Shown piece after piece: positions 1 through 9,131 of a stretch of 64,000 bases of DNA. A program made the translations under genes and the position numbers. The stretch lies in the NCBI GenBank assembly GCA_903833275.1, contig CAILEP010000015.1:22490-86489 (forward strand). Reading direction: 5' to 3'. Position 1 is the first letter of the stretch, and every line of letters begins with the position of its first letter. The DNA comes from an uncultured Bdellovibrionales bacterium. GTDB lineage: Bacteria > Bdellovibrionota > Bdellovibrionia > Bdellovibrionales > UBA1609. The notes under the pieces are model-generated. The model was given only the letters and a program-made list of their open reading frames with translations. It was not told the DNA's origin and ran no database searches.

Positions 1-1
1 C

Positions 2-259
2 GAACTGCCGCCAGCGGTAACTGATAGCTACGAGAACGCCACTGGCTGGACGAGAACATTGCATTCTGGCATAATCGTTTATACTGGACGAAAGGATGGT
101 TACGTTGAAAAGGACGGTGATTTTTCGCCGACTGAAGATTTTGCGAACAACATTGAATACTATTTGTTTCTTCCCGCGATATTAAAGTCAAAAACCCCAA
201 CTGCATTTGAATGGATAAAGGCCAATTTAGGTGATAAAATTTTAATGAGGGCCAAATAA
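2..259 (+). CDS. C-terminal fragment of a hypothetical protein (frame open to the left window edge)
   Basis: The frame of ORF 59..259 has no stop codon back to nt 2, so the gene probably begins outside the window. No recognisable motif. Confidence 0.4.
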   Translation, partial: ELPPAVTDSYENATGWTRTLHSGIIVYTGRKDGYVEKDGDFSPTEDFANNIEYYLFLPAILKSKTPTAFEWIKANLGDKILMRAK

Positions 260-260
260 T

Positions 261-806
261 ATGAAGTGCTTTAGCCTTTTGCTTCTCTTAATCGCCACAA
301 CTAGTTGCGTAAGCCTACCGCCAGGCGCTTCTCATCCGATTACATCTGCCGAACTAGAGCGGCTTAAAATAGGCGTGACGAAAAAAAATGATCTGATCGC
401 ATTATTTGGTTTACCAAAATCTCAAATCTCGAATTCAAATGAGTTGATACTCACGTACGTGGGTGACTCATTGAGCGGCCAGCGTTTGACTGCAGAGTTT
501 GCACAAGGCACAAATGTTTTGCGGTCAATTCTTTGGGTACCCAATGGCACTGAGCCAGAATCACATCTAGATTTTTTGTTGAAACGATATCCAAAACTAT
601 CTCTCGACACGAAATCTAATGATAGCGACAACCCCCATGATCTTGGTCGTACCTCTGTATATCGCGATGAAATCGCCAAACAGGTTGTCCTTTTTGACGT
701 GCGTCGCTCGCGGGTTGAAGCTATAGGTTGGTATGATTGTGACGTGCGCGAACCAGCAACCAATAGTAAAAATTCAACCCGTAAATTCGACATCGGCAAA
801 AAATAA
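261..806 (+). CDS. hypothetical lipoprotein
   Basis: N-terminus MKCFSLLLLLIATTSC looks like a signal peptide plus lipobox Cys. No family recognised. Confidence 0.55.
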   Translation: MKCFSLLLLLIATTSCVSLPPGASHPITSAELERLKIGVTKKNDLIALFGLPKSQISNSNELILTYVGDSLSGQRLTAEFAQGTNVLRSILWVPNGTEPESHLDFLLKRYPKLSLDTKSNDSDNPHDLGRTSVYRDEIAKQVVLFDVRRSRVEAIGWYDCDVREPATNSKNSTRKFDIGKK

Positions 807-939
807 AAAAACTTAGACCTTAAATATTCAATTCACACCCTTCAATGCAAGCGGCTTGCCCCTTTGCAAAATTGAAAATTCTGTTCTTAAAAATGGTAGA
901 CCAAGGAAGCGAGCTTGATCTTTTTTGAAAGCCGCGCCC

Positions 940-3900
940 CTACGAAAACAACGCCTGTAGATCTTCTAATTTTAGGCCGCGAAGAAGACTCTTCTCTTGC
1001 GAGACAATTGAGGCCGCGAGCTGCTTTTTTGAGTTTTGCATTTCGAGAATCTTTTCTTCGACAGTGTCTTTGGCGATAATTTTATAGGCGAAAACTTTTT
1101 TGGTTTGGCCGATACGGTGGGCGCGGTCGATGGCTTGGGCTTCGGCCTGGGGGTTCCACCAAGGGTCGAGAACGAAGACGTAATCGGCGGCGGTTAGATT
1201 GAGGCCCACCCCGCCGGCTTTAAGGCTCAAAAGAAAAACTTTGATTGCAGGGTCACTTTGAAATTTTTCGACCCGTTCGGCGCGATCTTTGGTTTTGCCG
1301 TCGAGATATTCGTAACGAATGCCTTTGGCTTCAAGAGGTCGCGATAGCAAACCCAAGAGCGACGTGAATTGCGAAAAAATTAAAACCTTGTGCCCGTCTT
1401 CAATTATCGTTGAGAGCTGATCAAAAAGTAGATCAAATTTCGCCGACGACTGCGTGGCCAAATCTTTGTCGATAAGACCTTGATGGCAGGCGGCTTGGCG
1501 CAGGCGCAAGAGCGCTTCGAGAATTTTGATCTTTGACCGCGCGAGGCCCTTTTCTTTCAACTGCCCGCTCAGTTGCTCCCAGTAATAATTTTTAAGCTCA
1601 GTGTAGTGACGACGCTCTTTGGGCGTAAGTTCGCAATAGAGAATCTGCTCGGTGCGAGAGGGCAAATCTTTGAGAACCTGATCTTTTGTTCGACGCAAAA
1701 TAAAAGGCCTAAGGGCCCGCGACAGGGTTTGCAATTCTTTTGGCTCAGTCGAGCGACACCAATGGGCAGCCTGCTCGTCGCTGATAAGGCCGGGGTTCAC
1801 CACCGAAAGAATCGAGAAAAGATCAGCGAGCGAATTCTCGACCGGCGTGCCCGAAAGCGATATTTTCTTCGAAGCCGAAACAAGTCGGCAAGCCATAGAC
1901 GCCTGCGCCTCAGGGTTCTTTATAAAATGCGCTTCGTCGAGAATAAAATAATCAAAAGTAATTTTTTGAATTTTTTCGATGTCTCGTCGAAGGGTTTGAT
2001 AGGTCGTCAGAATTATATCGTAGTCGCTGAATTTTTCGACCAACCCATGGCGGTCTGACCCCGTAAAATTTAAGGCTTTAAGGCTCGGCGTAAATTTCTC
2101 GATTTCTTTTTGCCAGTTAAAAATCAAACTTTTTGGCGCGACGATAAGATTGAGTTTCGCCGAACCCCGACTTTGGTCTTTTTCGCCAGCTAAGAGTGCT
2201 AAAATCTGTATAGTTTTACCAAGACCCATATCGTCGGCCAAAATGCCGCCAATGTTATGCTTTGAAATCGTTTGAAGCCAGGCGAGCCCCTGCTTTTGGT
2301 ATTTACGCAATCGACCCTGAAAAGACCTTGTTGGGGTCGCACTTTCGCCCGCATTAAAATCATCGACAATTGTTTTTAACGAAGCAAATTTCTTATCAGC
2401 TTTAAACTTGTCGTTTGGCTCAAGACTTGAACTTAAAAATAGCGCCTGCACGGGGTTCAGTCGAAGGCCCTCTTCAGTGTCGGCGCCCATAATGGCGATG
2501 GGGCCAAATTTTTTCAGCCACTCGAGGGGTAGGACTCCGTATGTCCCGTCGCCCAATTGCACCAGCCTTTGCCCCGATTGTATCGCCGCAATCAATTGCG
2601 GCAGAGTCGACGATTGCCCGTCGAAATTGAAATCAGCGCTCACATCAAACCAATCGACCCCCGAGCTCACTTTGAGGTGAAAGTCATTGGCTCGTCTGAC
2701 GCTTTTTTCATAGGCGACGACTTGCCAGCCGAGCTCAAGCCCTTGCTCAATAAGCGCCAACGCATTGTGTGCGCGCGCGAGGTCTTGAAATTTCTGCGTG
2801 ACCGTGGCTTCAAATTCGAAATTGCGTTTGAGTATTCTTCGCTGTGCCACTTGCACAAGCGCCGGCACCGGCGAATCGGCGCGCACATACTCGCCCAGAT
2901 ATTCGAACTCCAAATAAGATTTTAACTGCGAAGTGCTCTCAACTTGCGAAACCGTCAACCTGACCTTTGGAGTGATCGGCGGCGGTGTTTCAAATTTAAT
3001 ATCATCCGGCAGATTGAGCGCCGTGTTTGCACCCGTGCGGTAAAAATAGGCCAGAAATTCGTCGATTTCTTTTTGGGGGATAACCAGCGATTCACTTTTC
3101 TTAAAAATCTCTAGCCACTCGAGAGAAAGTTCAATAGTTGACGAGGCCATAAACTCGTCGAAAAAAATAAGTCTGCCCGCTCGCGCTATCAGATCTTTTA
3201 TCGGTCGCTTTTGTTCGCCACTCGCCAGCCGACCCGTAAGAAGATAATTTTCGCCAGCTGGGGCGAGATTGAGTTCGATGGCCCACTTTTCAGACTGATA
3301 GGCATAGGGTTTCAGATTCGACTTTTCAACTCGGTAATAAGAATCAAAATCACGACGGCTTGGTGATAGATAAAATCGGCCGGTCGCAGAGATTTGGGTT
3401 AAAATTTCGTCAGCGTGCTCTTTTGCAATGGTCGCACTATTGGGCAATTGGTAGCTATAATGCGATTGCTGAATATGCATTTCAGATTTGCCAAGTAGAG
3501 CCCAAAGAATGGCGGCGTCTTTTTCGTCAGCAAAAGACGAGATATTGATTTGGTTTATATTCGCTGATTTCAGAACACCCAGGCTGCCATTTTTTAAATG
3601 GTCTTGCGTAAAAAAACTAATTTCAATTTTCGACGAACGAATGACATCAGAAAGTTGAATCGCATAGTGCGCAATCTTTTGCGGGCCCACGGTTTTTTTG
3701 TACGGATTTTCAAGCGCACTTTTTTGGCTCTCGACTCTACGTTCAGCGCGCTCGATGCTGACGCGCCAGTCTGGCTTGGGTGGGGCGTGGTCGAGGCGCT
3801 TGGCGTTTGCGGTGGTGTTTATGTCTGCGTTTACACCCGCGTCAGTGGTCGTGCCCGCGATGGCGCCTGAGGCGTCTATGCCGCCTATGCCGTAGCCTTT

Positions 3901-4242
3901 GCGGGCAGCGCTTGAGCTGTGGCGCGACCCGCGCGCTTCGGCACTTCGCACTTCGAATTGTTGAAAGAGCTGACTGTCGCTTGCGAACAATACGGCGGCC
4001 CAGACATGCTTACAGTTCGCTCCGTTTGCAAAGTGCGGGCACGAGCAAGCAAAGCCAAGATTGTTCGCCTCTCGGTGGTACGTGAGTCGAACAACGTAGA
4101 GCTTTGTGCCTTGAACGCGAAATTCTCCAAATGAATCGACCGCGCTGTGGATGACCCAAACGCGATTCGAATCGAATAGGGCCTGGCCTTTTTCTTTGCT
4201 GGCGAATTCAAATTGATCAGCCGCGTATCGCGCAAGTGTCAT
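940..4242 (-). CDS. SNF2-family helicase with N-terminal SWIM zinc finger
   Basis: SWIM motif CSCPHFANGANCKHVW. SNF2 motifs LRKYQKQGLAWL, ILADDMGLGKT and DEAH in ILDEAHFIKN. Helicase-C motifs LIFSQFTSLL and GGVGLNLTAADYVFVLDPWWNP...QAIDRAHRIGQ. Confidence 0.9.
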   Translation of the reverse strand: MTLARYAADQFEFASKEKGQALFDSNRVWVIHSAVDSFGEFRVQGTKLYVVRLTYHREANNLGFACSCPHFANGANCKHVWAAVLFASDSQLFQQFEVRSAEARGSRHSSSAARKGYGIGGIDASGAIAGTTTDAGVNADINTTANAKRLDHAPPKPDWRVSIERAERRVESQKSALENPYKKTVGPQKIAHYAIQLSDVIRSSKIEISFFTQDHLKNGSLGVLKSANINQINISSFADEKDAAILWALLGKSEMHIQQSHYSYQLPNSATIAKEHADEILTQISATGRFYLSPSRRDFDSYYRVEKSNLKPYAYQSEKWAIELNLAPAGENYLLTGRLASGEQKRPIKDLIARAGRLIFFDEFMASSTIELSLEWLEIFKKSESLVIPQKEIDEFLAYFYRTGANTALNLPDDIKFETPPPITPKVRLTVSQVESTSQLKSYLEFEYLGEYVRADSPVPALVQVAQRRILKRNFEFEATVTQKFQDLARAHNALALIEQGLELGWQVVAYEKSVRRANDFHLKVSSGVDWFDVSADFNFDGQSSTLPQLIAAIQSGQRLVQLGDGTYGVLPLEWLKKFGPIAIMGADTEEGLRLNPVQALFLSSSLEPNDKFKADKKFASLKTIVDDFNAGESATPTRSFQGRLRKYQKQGLAWLQTISKHNIGGILADDMGLGKTIQILALLAGEKDQSRGSAKLNLIVAPKSLIFNWQKEIEKFTPSLKALNFTGSDRHGLVEKFSDYDIILTTYQTLRRDIEKIQKITFDYFILDEAHFIKNPEAQASMACRLVSASKKISLSGTPVENSLADLFSILSVVNPGLISDEQAAHWCRSTEPKELQTLSRALRPFILRRTKDQVLKDLPSRTEQILYCELTPKERRHYTELKNYYWEQLSGQLKEKGLARSKIKILEALLRLRQAACHQGLIDKDLATQSSAKFDLLFDQLSTIIEDGHKVLIFSQFTSLLGLLSRPLEAKGIRYEYLDGKTKDRAERVEKFQSDPAIKVFLLSLKAGGVGLNLTAADYVFVLDPWWNPQAEAQAIDRAHRIGQTKKVFAYKIIAKDTVEEKILEMQNSKKQLAASIVSQEKSLLRGLKLEDLQALFS

Positions 4243-4515
4243 CTACCACCTCTGGCAAGGGGTGGCATGATAGTGGCTGGGCGGGTTTTATTCAAGGGTG
4301 GCGGTGTGAATTGGGGGTCGCGTGCCGGGCAACGCCATGAAGCGGCGCTAGGCCGGGTGGGCCCCCGCAAGAGTGGCGGAAGTGCTCGGCTCTAAACTTG
4401 TGAAGAATCAAGTTATTTTTTATTTGGGCGGATGGCCAGGATGAATTCACAGGCGTCCTTCGATGAAATCCGCCAGACTCTAATGGGGGCATCATGGGCG
4501 GCGACCCTAGGCCGA

Positions 4516-4992
4516 TCATAAATCGTGCGTGAAGGGGTTGCGCAACGGGGGCAGCGCAAAACAATGGATTTTAACGCCGTCGCCGAAAACATCATTGAAC
4601 TCACCCCAGTCTACTTGGGCAACTTCACCAGGCCTAAATTCTAATCGCAAAAATGCTTCGCGCGGTCTTAAAAACCGTGCTCGCTCATACTGCACAAGGC
4701 TCTTTAAAATACTGATGCCGCCGGCGTAACCTTGAGCCCGAAGCTGATTTAAAACTGCCGTCGCCGTAATTTTCGGATCTTTGCGAAGTAAATCTCGAAC
4801 TCGCTCTTCATACGGGTCTAATATTGAACGCCGAGGGCCCACCTTTGCTTTTACTTCAACTTTTCGCCGCTCAATTAATCGCCCAACAGTCTTTCGATCA
4901 ACCCCCATCTGGCGCGCGATTGAACGCACCGTACGGCGATCGTTGAAATGTAGATTTAAAATTTCGGCCTGAACTTCGGCTGGCAGTAACAT
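4516..4992 (-). pseudogene. istA: truncated IS21-family transposase IstA (N-terminal ~150 aa only)
   Basis: HTH-like N-terminus (RTVRSIARQMGVDRKTVGRLI), then ...PGEVAQVDWGEF..., typical of IstA. The frame ends after ~158 aa where IstA proteins normally continue for several hundred residues. No istB follows. Confidence 0.7.
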
Positions 4993-5052
4993 TTTCGTGT
5001 CTCCTGAGTGATAAAAATCGCTGGCTCTTCTGCCAAACGATCAAAATAAAAA

Positions 5053-5075
5053 CTGCGGCACCACAAATGCCGCAG
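5053..5075 (-). terminator. intrinsic terminator after the 84-aa Cys-rich ORF
   Basis: Perfect 8-bp stem CTGCGGCA/TGCCGCAG with a 7-nt loop. On the minus strand it is followed by TTTTTATTTT (5052-5043). Confidence 0.55.
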
Positions 5076-5129
5076 CAATTACCCGAAGACACGGGTATCG
5101 CATAACTTCGATTTACTTTTGTAGAGTCA

Positions 5130-5384
5130 TCAGTAACGGTTTTTTTGCCGAAGACGGTACAGCTTTTGCCGCTCCCGTTGGCTTTCGCGACCTGCCTCTG
5201 TCACGCTATAGGCCTTTTGGCTTTGTCGATGGCGCTCTAAACTAGAATCGCGCGCGCAGACATCAGAGCAATATCTTTGATTGCGCCAGCACGAACGACA
5301 TATCGAAACCAATTTCGAACAGCGCTCGCACTTAAACTCAACTGCGGCTCGTGGCTCAACGCTTTGGCTTGACGTAGTATTCAC
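5130..5384 (-). CDS. small Cys-rich (zinc-ribbon-like) basic protein
   Basis: CERC-x7-CRSC-x7-C-x3-C pattern followed by an Arg/Lys/Gln-rich tail. Has its own terminator. No family recognised. Confidence 0.5.
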   Translation of the reverse strand: MNTTSSQSVEPRAAVEFKCERCSKLVSICRSCWRNQRYCSDVCARDSSLERHRQSQKAYSVTEAGRESQRERQKLYRLRQKNRY

Positions 5385-5615
5385 TCTTTAATTTTAAATC
5401 AAAAAACCGTGGCCCCTCAAACTTCGGCGCTCAACACTGGACCATGGGACCGGCAAATCGGCCAAACTGGGCCCTCAGAAAATCGGCGCCTGCAACAAGG
5501 TCATGGTTTTTTGCGCATTTAACAGCCTACCTAGGCCAATGCCAAAAGTTCACCGCCTATATCAAAGCCCAGGTTTTGCGCCAGCCCTTAACCGTTCTCA
5601 ATAAAAAACCGAAAA

Positions 5616-6284
5616 ATGACACGGGTAGATCTGCTGAATGATTGGCGAATCTGCACTAGGGCATCAAGATTGCCGGAGGAATTTTTTGAAATTGTTCGCA
5701 ATTTTATGGCGCCGACAATTCTCTCATTTTTTGTCGGCCAAATATCGGGGATAAGTACTTTGTTTAGGCGTTGGCTTTTAATATTTTTTCTAGCGACCAT
5801 TTCATTCGCGCAGGCGTCGTTCTCGGACGATGCACTCGAGACTGAGCGCCGCGTAAGGTCGGCATTCATTTATCAATTTACTAAGCTTGTTGAGTGGCCA
5901 ACGAAACCCGGCGATTTTATAATTAGCGTTATTGAAGATGACGAGCTTCTCGCAATTCTTACAAATACCGTGGCAGACAAAACCGTTGGCTCTCGCAAAA
6001 TAAAAGTACAATCGGCGAAATGGGCCGAGGTTGTTCTATCGCCCCCAGATATTGTCATATTTCCGAAAGTAGAGAGTTCGTTTCACAAAGCGGTGATAAA
6101 AAAATTGGCCGGTAAACCGTGCCTAGTCGTTTCATACAGTGAAGGGCTCGGAGCCGCTGGCGCGGCCATCAATTTTATTATAATAGATCAGAAAATGAAA
6201 ATTGAGGTTAACATGGGTGCCGCGATGGCAAACTCGCTAACGGTCAATCAAACAATTATAAAATTAGGAAAACGGGTAGATTAA
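5616..6284 (+). CDS. YfiR-family (DUF4154) periplasmic protein; start uncertain
   Basis: Hydrophobic leader LLIFFLATISFAQA. Hallmark FIYQFTKLVEWP. C-terminal GAAGAAINFIIIDQKMKIEVN...LTVNQTIIKLG matches the DUF4154 pattern. The true start may lie downstream of 5616. Confidence 0.7.
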   Translation: MTRVDLLNDWRICTRASRLPEEFFEIVRNFMAPTILSFFVGQISGISTLFRRWLLIFFLATISFAQASFSDDALETERRVRSAFIYQFTKLVEWPTKPGDFIISVIEDDELLAILTNTVADKTVGSRKIKVQSAKWAEVVLSPPDIVIFPKVESSFHKAVIKKLAGKPCLVVSYSEGLGAAGAAINFIIIDQKMKIEVNMGAAMANSLTVNQTIIKLGKRVD

Positions 6285-6371
6285 TTTCTATTTTTTTACA
6301 ACACCGCTGTGCGCCCTAGCCATTGATGACTTAAATTGACTGAAGATTGAGTTCGGAGCGAAAAGTAAACC

Positions 6372-6869
6372 ATGAAATTTGAAAAAACCGCAGAGTTAAA
6401 AAACGCCAACTTAGTTATGAAATTCTCTGGCCTGATTGGCGAGGGTGCTGACTTTGGCAATTATGAGTTCGATAAAATTAATTCGCTGATTATCGACTTT
6501 AGCGACGTAAAGCTTATCAACTCGGTCGGGATTTCAGTTTGGGTGAAATGGTTTTATCTGGCCCAGACTAAAAATGCAAAACTCAATATCCATTTCTTGC
6601 GCTGCCCGAAAGTTTTGGTTGATCAATTTAACAACATCCCGTCGTTCTTACCTAAAAACACTCTGGTCAGATCATTTGCCGTACCGATGTCTTGCGAAAG
6701 CTGCTCAAGCGAGATCGGGCTTACCCTACTTGAGGGCAAAGACTATATTTTAAATAAAACCACTAATGTTTATGACATCAAATTGCCAAATGCGAATTGC
6801 CCAACTTGTGGCGCGCCAATGACAACCGATATAAATGCTAAGCGGTATTTTAGTTTCTTAAAGCCGTAG
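6372..6869 (+). CDS. STAS-like domain protein with C-terminal CxxC...CxxC zinc ribbon
   Basis: LVMKFSGLIGEG...LIIDFSDVKLINSVGISVWV resembles anti-sigma-antagonist/STAS domains. C-terminus has CESC...CPTC. Confidence 0.45.
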   Translation: MKFEKTAELKNANLVMKFSGLIGEGADFGNYEFDKINSLIIDFSDVKLINSVGISVWVKWFYLAQTKNAKLNIHFLRCPKVLVDQFNNIPSFLPKNTLVRSFAVPMSCESCSSEIGLTLLEGKDYILNKTTNVYDIKLPNANCPTCGAPMTTDINAKRYFSFLKP

Positions 6870-6885
6870 TAGCCCCGTTTTGACT

Positions 6886-8046
6886 CTATAATTTGTGTAG
6901 CTGTGCTAAGCCTTCGCGCCAGGGCCAAACCGTAAGGTCTTTATAACCCCTTCGAGTCTTGTCATTTGAAAAAACCCACAACGAATCGGCCTTAATATCT
7001 TTTTTTAAGTTCACCAACGCCCCCATGCGATTGGTGTCGACATTTGAGCTGCTTTTAATTTCAATCAATAGAATCTTTTGGTCGGGGGTTTTGATAACCA
7101 AATCGACCTCGAGATCGTCTTTGGTGCGAATGTAACTTAAGCGAAAGTCTTTTTTAAGATAGGCGTTTATTTTTTGAATTTCTATCATGATAAAATTTTC
7201 GAAGGCCCTGCCGTATTCTGTTGTGGATGGCGAAAGTGAAACATTGAGGGTCTGCGCTAAGGCTCGACAGACCCCTGTATCGAAAAAATAGAACTTGCTG
7301 CGCTGTAACTGCTGCTTTCTGACCGATCGATCATAAGGCGGCAGAAAAAACCCGAGCCAGGTGTCTACTAGAATCTCATAATATCTTTCGACCGCTTTGT
7401 TGTCGACCCCGGCATCGTGCGCGATTTTCGTGTGATTGATTGGCTCTGTATTCATTTGCGCCGCGATTTCGAGAAAATGTAGAAATGGCTCGAGCTTACG
7501 AACAACCTGCTCTTCTTTAATTTCTTGCCGAATATAATTGTTAACATAACCACGTAGGTAATCTTTTTGTGACTCTTTCTCTTGGTCGCCCCAAATGGTC
7601 GGCAACAAACCCATTTCTAGTGCGGCCTGAAGTTTAAAATCTGAACCAAGCTCGGCGTGGCTCAAGGTAAATAGATTGTAGGCGTGCGCTCGACCCCCAA
7701 GCAAATTGGCGGATTCTCTCTTCAGCTTTCGCGCGCTAGAACCCGTTAGCGCAAACTTTAGATTTTTCGATTCGATAAGCCTCTGTACATAATTGAGCAA
7801 CCCTGGCACTTTCTGAACCTCGTCAATTACGACCCAATCGCCCTTTTTTAAGTTTTGGCATAGGGCCTCAAGCTCTTTAGGGTGCAAGAGCAGCCGTCGA
7901 TTTAGCTCTTCGTCTAATAGATCAATCCAAAGCTTGATGTCATTTTTTTTGAAGCTCGTCTTGAGAAGTGTCGATTTGCCGACCCCACGGGGGCCAAATA
8001 AGAAAAAACTGCGTGTGCGTAAGGGGGTCAGCTCTCTTTGATACAT
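6886..8046 (-). CDS. AAA+ ATPase of the DUF4143 type
   Basis: Walker A FGPRGVGKSTLL and Walker B VVIDEVQ. The C-terminal half has the restriction-endonuclease-like EVDLVI...LIEIKSS pattern typical of AAA_14/DUF4143 proteins. Confidence 0.8.
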   Translation of the reverse strand: MYQRELTPLRTRSFFLFGPRGVGKSTLLKTSFKKNDIKLWIDLLDEELNRRLLLHPKELEALCQNLKKGDWVVIDEVQKVPGLLNYVQRLIESKNLKFALTGSSARKLKRESANLLGGRAHAYNLFTLSHAELGSDFKLQAALEMGLLPTIWGDQEKESQKDYLRGYVNNYIRQEIKEEQVVRKLEPFLHFLEIAAQMNTEPINHTKIAHDAGVDNKAVERYYEILVDTWLGFFLPPYDRSVRKQQLQRSKFYFFDTGVCRALAQTLNVSLSPSTTEYGRAFENFIMIEIQKINAYLKKDFRLSYIRTKDDLEVDLVIKTPDQKILLIEIKSSSNVDTNRMGALVNLKKDIKADSLWVFSNDKTRRGYKDLTVWPWREGLAQLHKL

Positions 8047-8075
8047 ATGCCTAATTTATCGGGTAAATTGGGCAT
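8047..8075 (-). promoter_or_regulatory. 12-bp-stem hairpin/palindrome abutting the ATPase start codon
   Basis: ATGCCTAATTTA-tcggg-TAAATTGGGCAT (11 Watson-Crick pairs plus one T/G) ends at the base next to the ATG at 8046. No Shine-Dalgarno is visible. Confidence 0.35.
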
Positions 8076-8145
8076 AAGCGCAAGTCCAATTAAATGTCGG
8101 CTGTTTGTGACCAGCTCAGACCTGGCCGTCGCCCCAGACCCTCGT

Positions 8146-8925
8146 CTAAAACACAAATCCAAAAATAGCTTTTGCAACTGTCGAATTTGCGGCCTCAGAT
8201 AAACCAGCCCCGACGCCTATATTAAGCTCGAAAGGCCCGTGCAGTAAATCATAGGCTGCGAAAAGGTATTGCTCCGCCGAGCTTAAGCCGGTCATTTTGT
8301 CGATGGCGCCTGAGTCAAGATAGTACTCAACGCCCAAACCAAAACCTTTGTTGGTATCAAAAACAGTTTTGAGCGCCGGCTGAAAATCAGGGGTCGCCGA
8401 AGCCCCCTTCGTTAAATCAATATCAACAATTGGATTAAATAGAATCAACCAGCGCCCAAGCGTGTAGCCCACGATCGGGCGAATCTCTGAGCCAAAACGA
8501 TCTTCTTCAAACTCTTTCGGAACACTCGAAATCTCAATGTTCACGGCCAGCTGAAGGGGGTCACCCTCGGCGTGCGGGACAATAAACTTCGAACGAAGCT
8601 TCGCGCCTGCAAATCGATAATCACCGCCTTCTTCGAGCGCCGACTGAAGGTAGGCGCCGAGCTCCCAATATTTATTCATGCCGCGCGCAAACTCGAAAGT
8701 AAGATGGGTCATATGGTTGGGGCTCAACTGCTCGGGGTATTCGCCCTCAGCCTTGCCTGAAATATTTGAATTTAAATGGGTCTCAAGCGAGTACTCGCCA
8801 ATTTTATTGATTTCGCCATCGTAAACTTGATACTCAAAAGCATCGAGCGCATGCGCTGGCTTTGAAAATAACAATTGGGCCGACAATGATAGCATCGCCA
8901 TCACAACTGCCGTCATCGTTGCCAT
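8146..8925 (-). CDS. putative outer-membrane beta-barrel protein; start uncertain (8925 or 8916 rather than 9003)
   Basis: Signal peptide MATMTAVVMAMLSLSAQLLFSKPAHA. Alternating-hydrophobicity strands. C-terminus ...AIFGFVF ends in Phe, as in many OM barrels. The Lys/Asn-rich extension to 9003 looks non-genuine. Confidence 0.5.
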   Translation of the reverse strand: MATMTAVVMAMLSLSAQLLFSKPAHALDAFEYQVYDGEINKIGEYSLETHLNSNISGKAEGEYPEQLSPNHMTHLTFEFARGMNKYWELGAYLQSALEEGGDYRFAGAKLRSKFIVPHAEGDPLQLAVNIEISSVPKEFEEDRFGSEIRPIVGYTLGRWLILFNPIVDIDLTKGASATPDFQPALKTVFDTNKGFGLGVEYYLDSGAIDKMTGLSSAEQYLFAAYDLLHGPFELNIGVGAGLSEAANSTVAKAIFGFVF

Positions 8926-9131
8926 CTCCGAACTTCTGGGCCGTACATTTTTGTGCTTTATATTTTTGCGTGTTATATTTTTGCCAACTTTATTTTTACC
9001 CATGTCTTCACCTGTTTCTTAGATTTTGTGTAAACGGTTTAAATCGAACTGGCGCGCAAAGGCCAGTGTAAACCGCAGGCCCACCTCAATTGAAAACGTA
9101 TTGATGAAAGCTAGATGCGCCCGAGCCGATT

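Noticed and set aside
1573-4235. Numerous 60-160-aa ORFs on both strands within the SNF2 gene (for example 1573..2058, 2557..2925, 3885..4235)
   Set aside because: They are fully nested in, or antisense to, a 1100-aa gene with unmistakable motifs. They have Arg/Ser-rich shadow-frame composition and no start context.
4213-4604. ORFs 4213..4395, 4292..4564 and 4413..4604 in the GC-rich spacer
   Set aside because: Mutually overlapping, Pro/Arg/Gly-rich, with no motif and no ribosome-binding site. The region is treated as non-coding or remnant (see finding).
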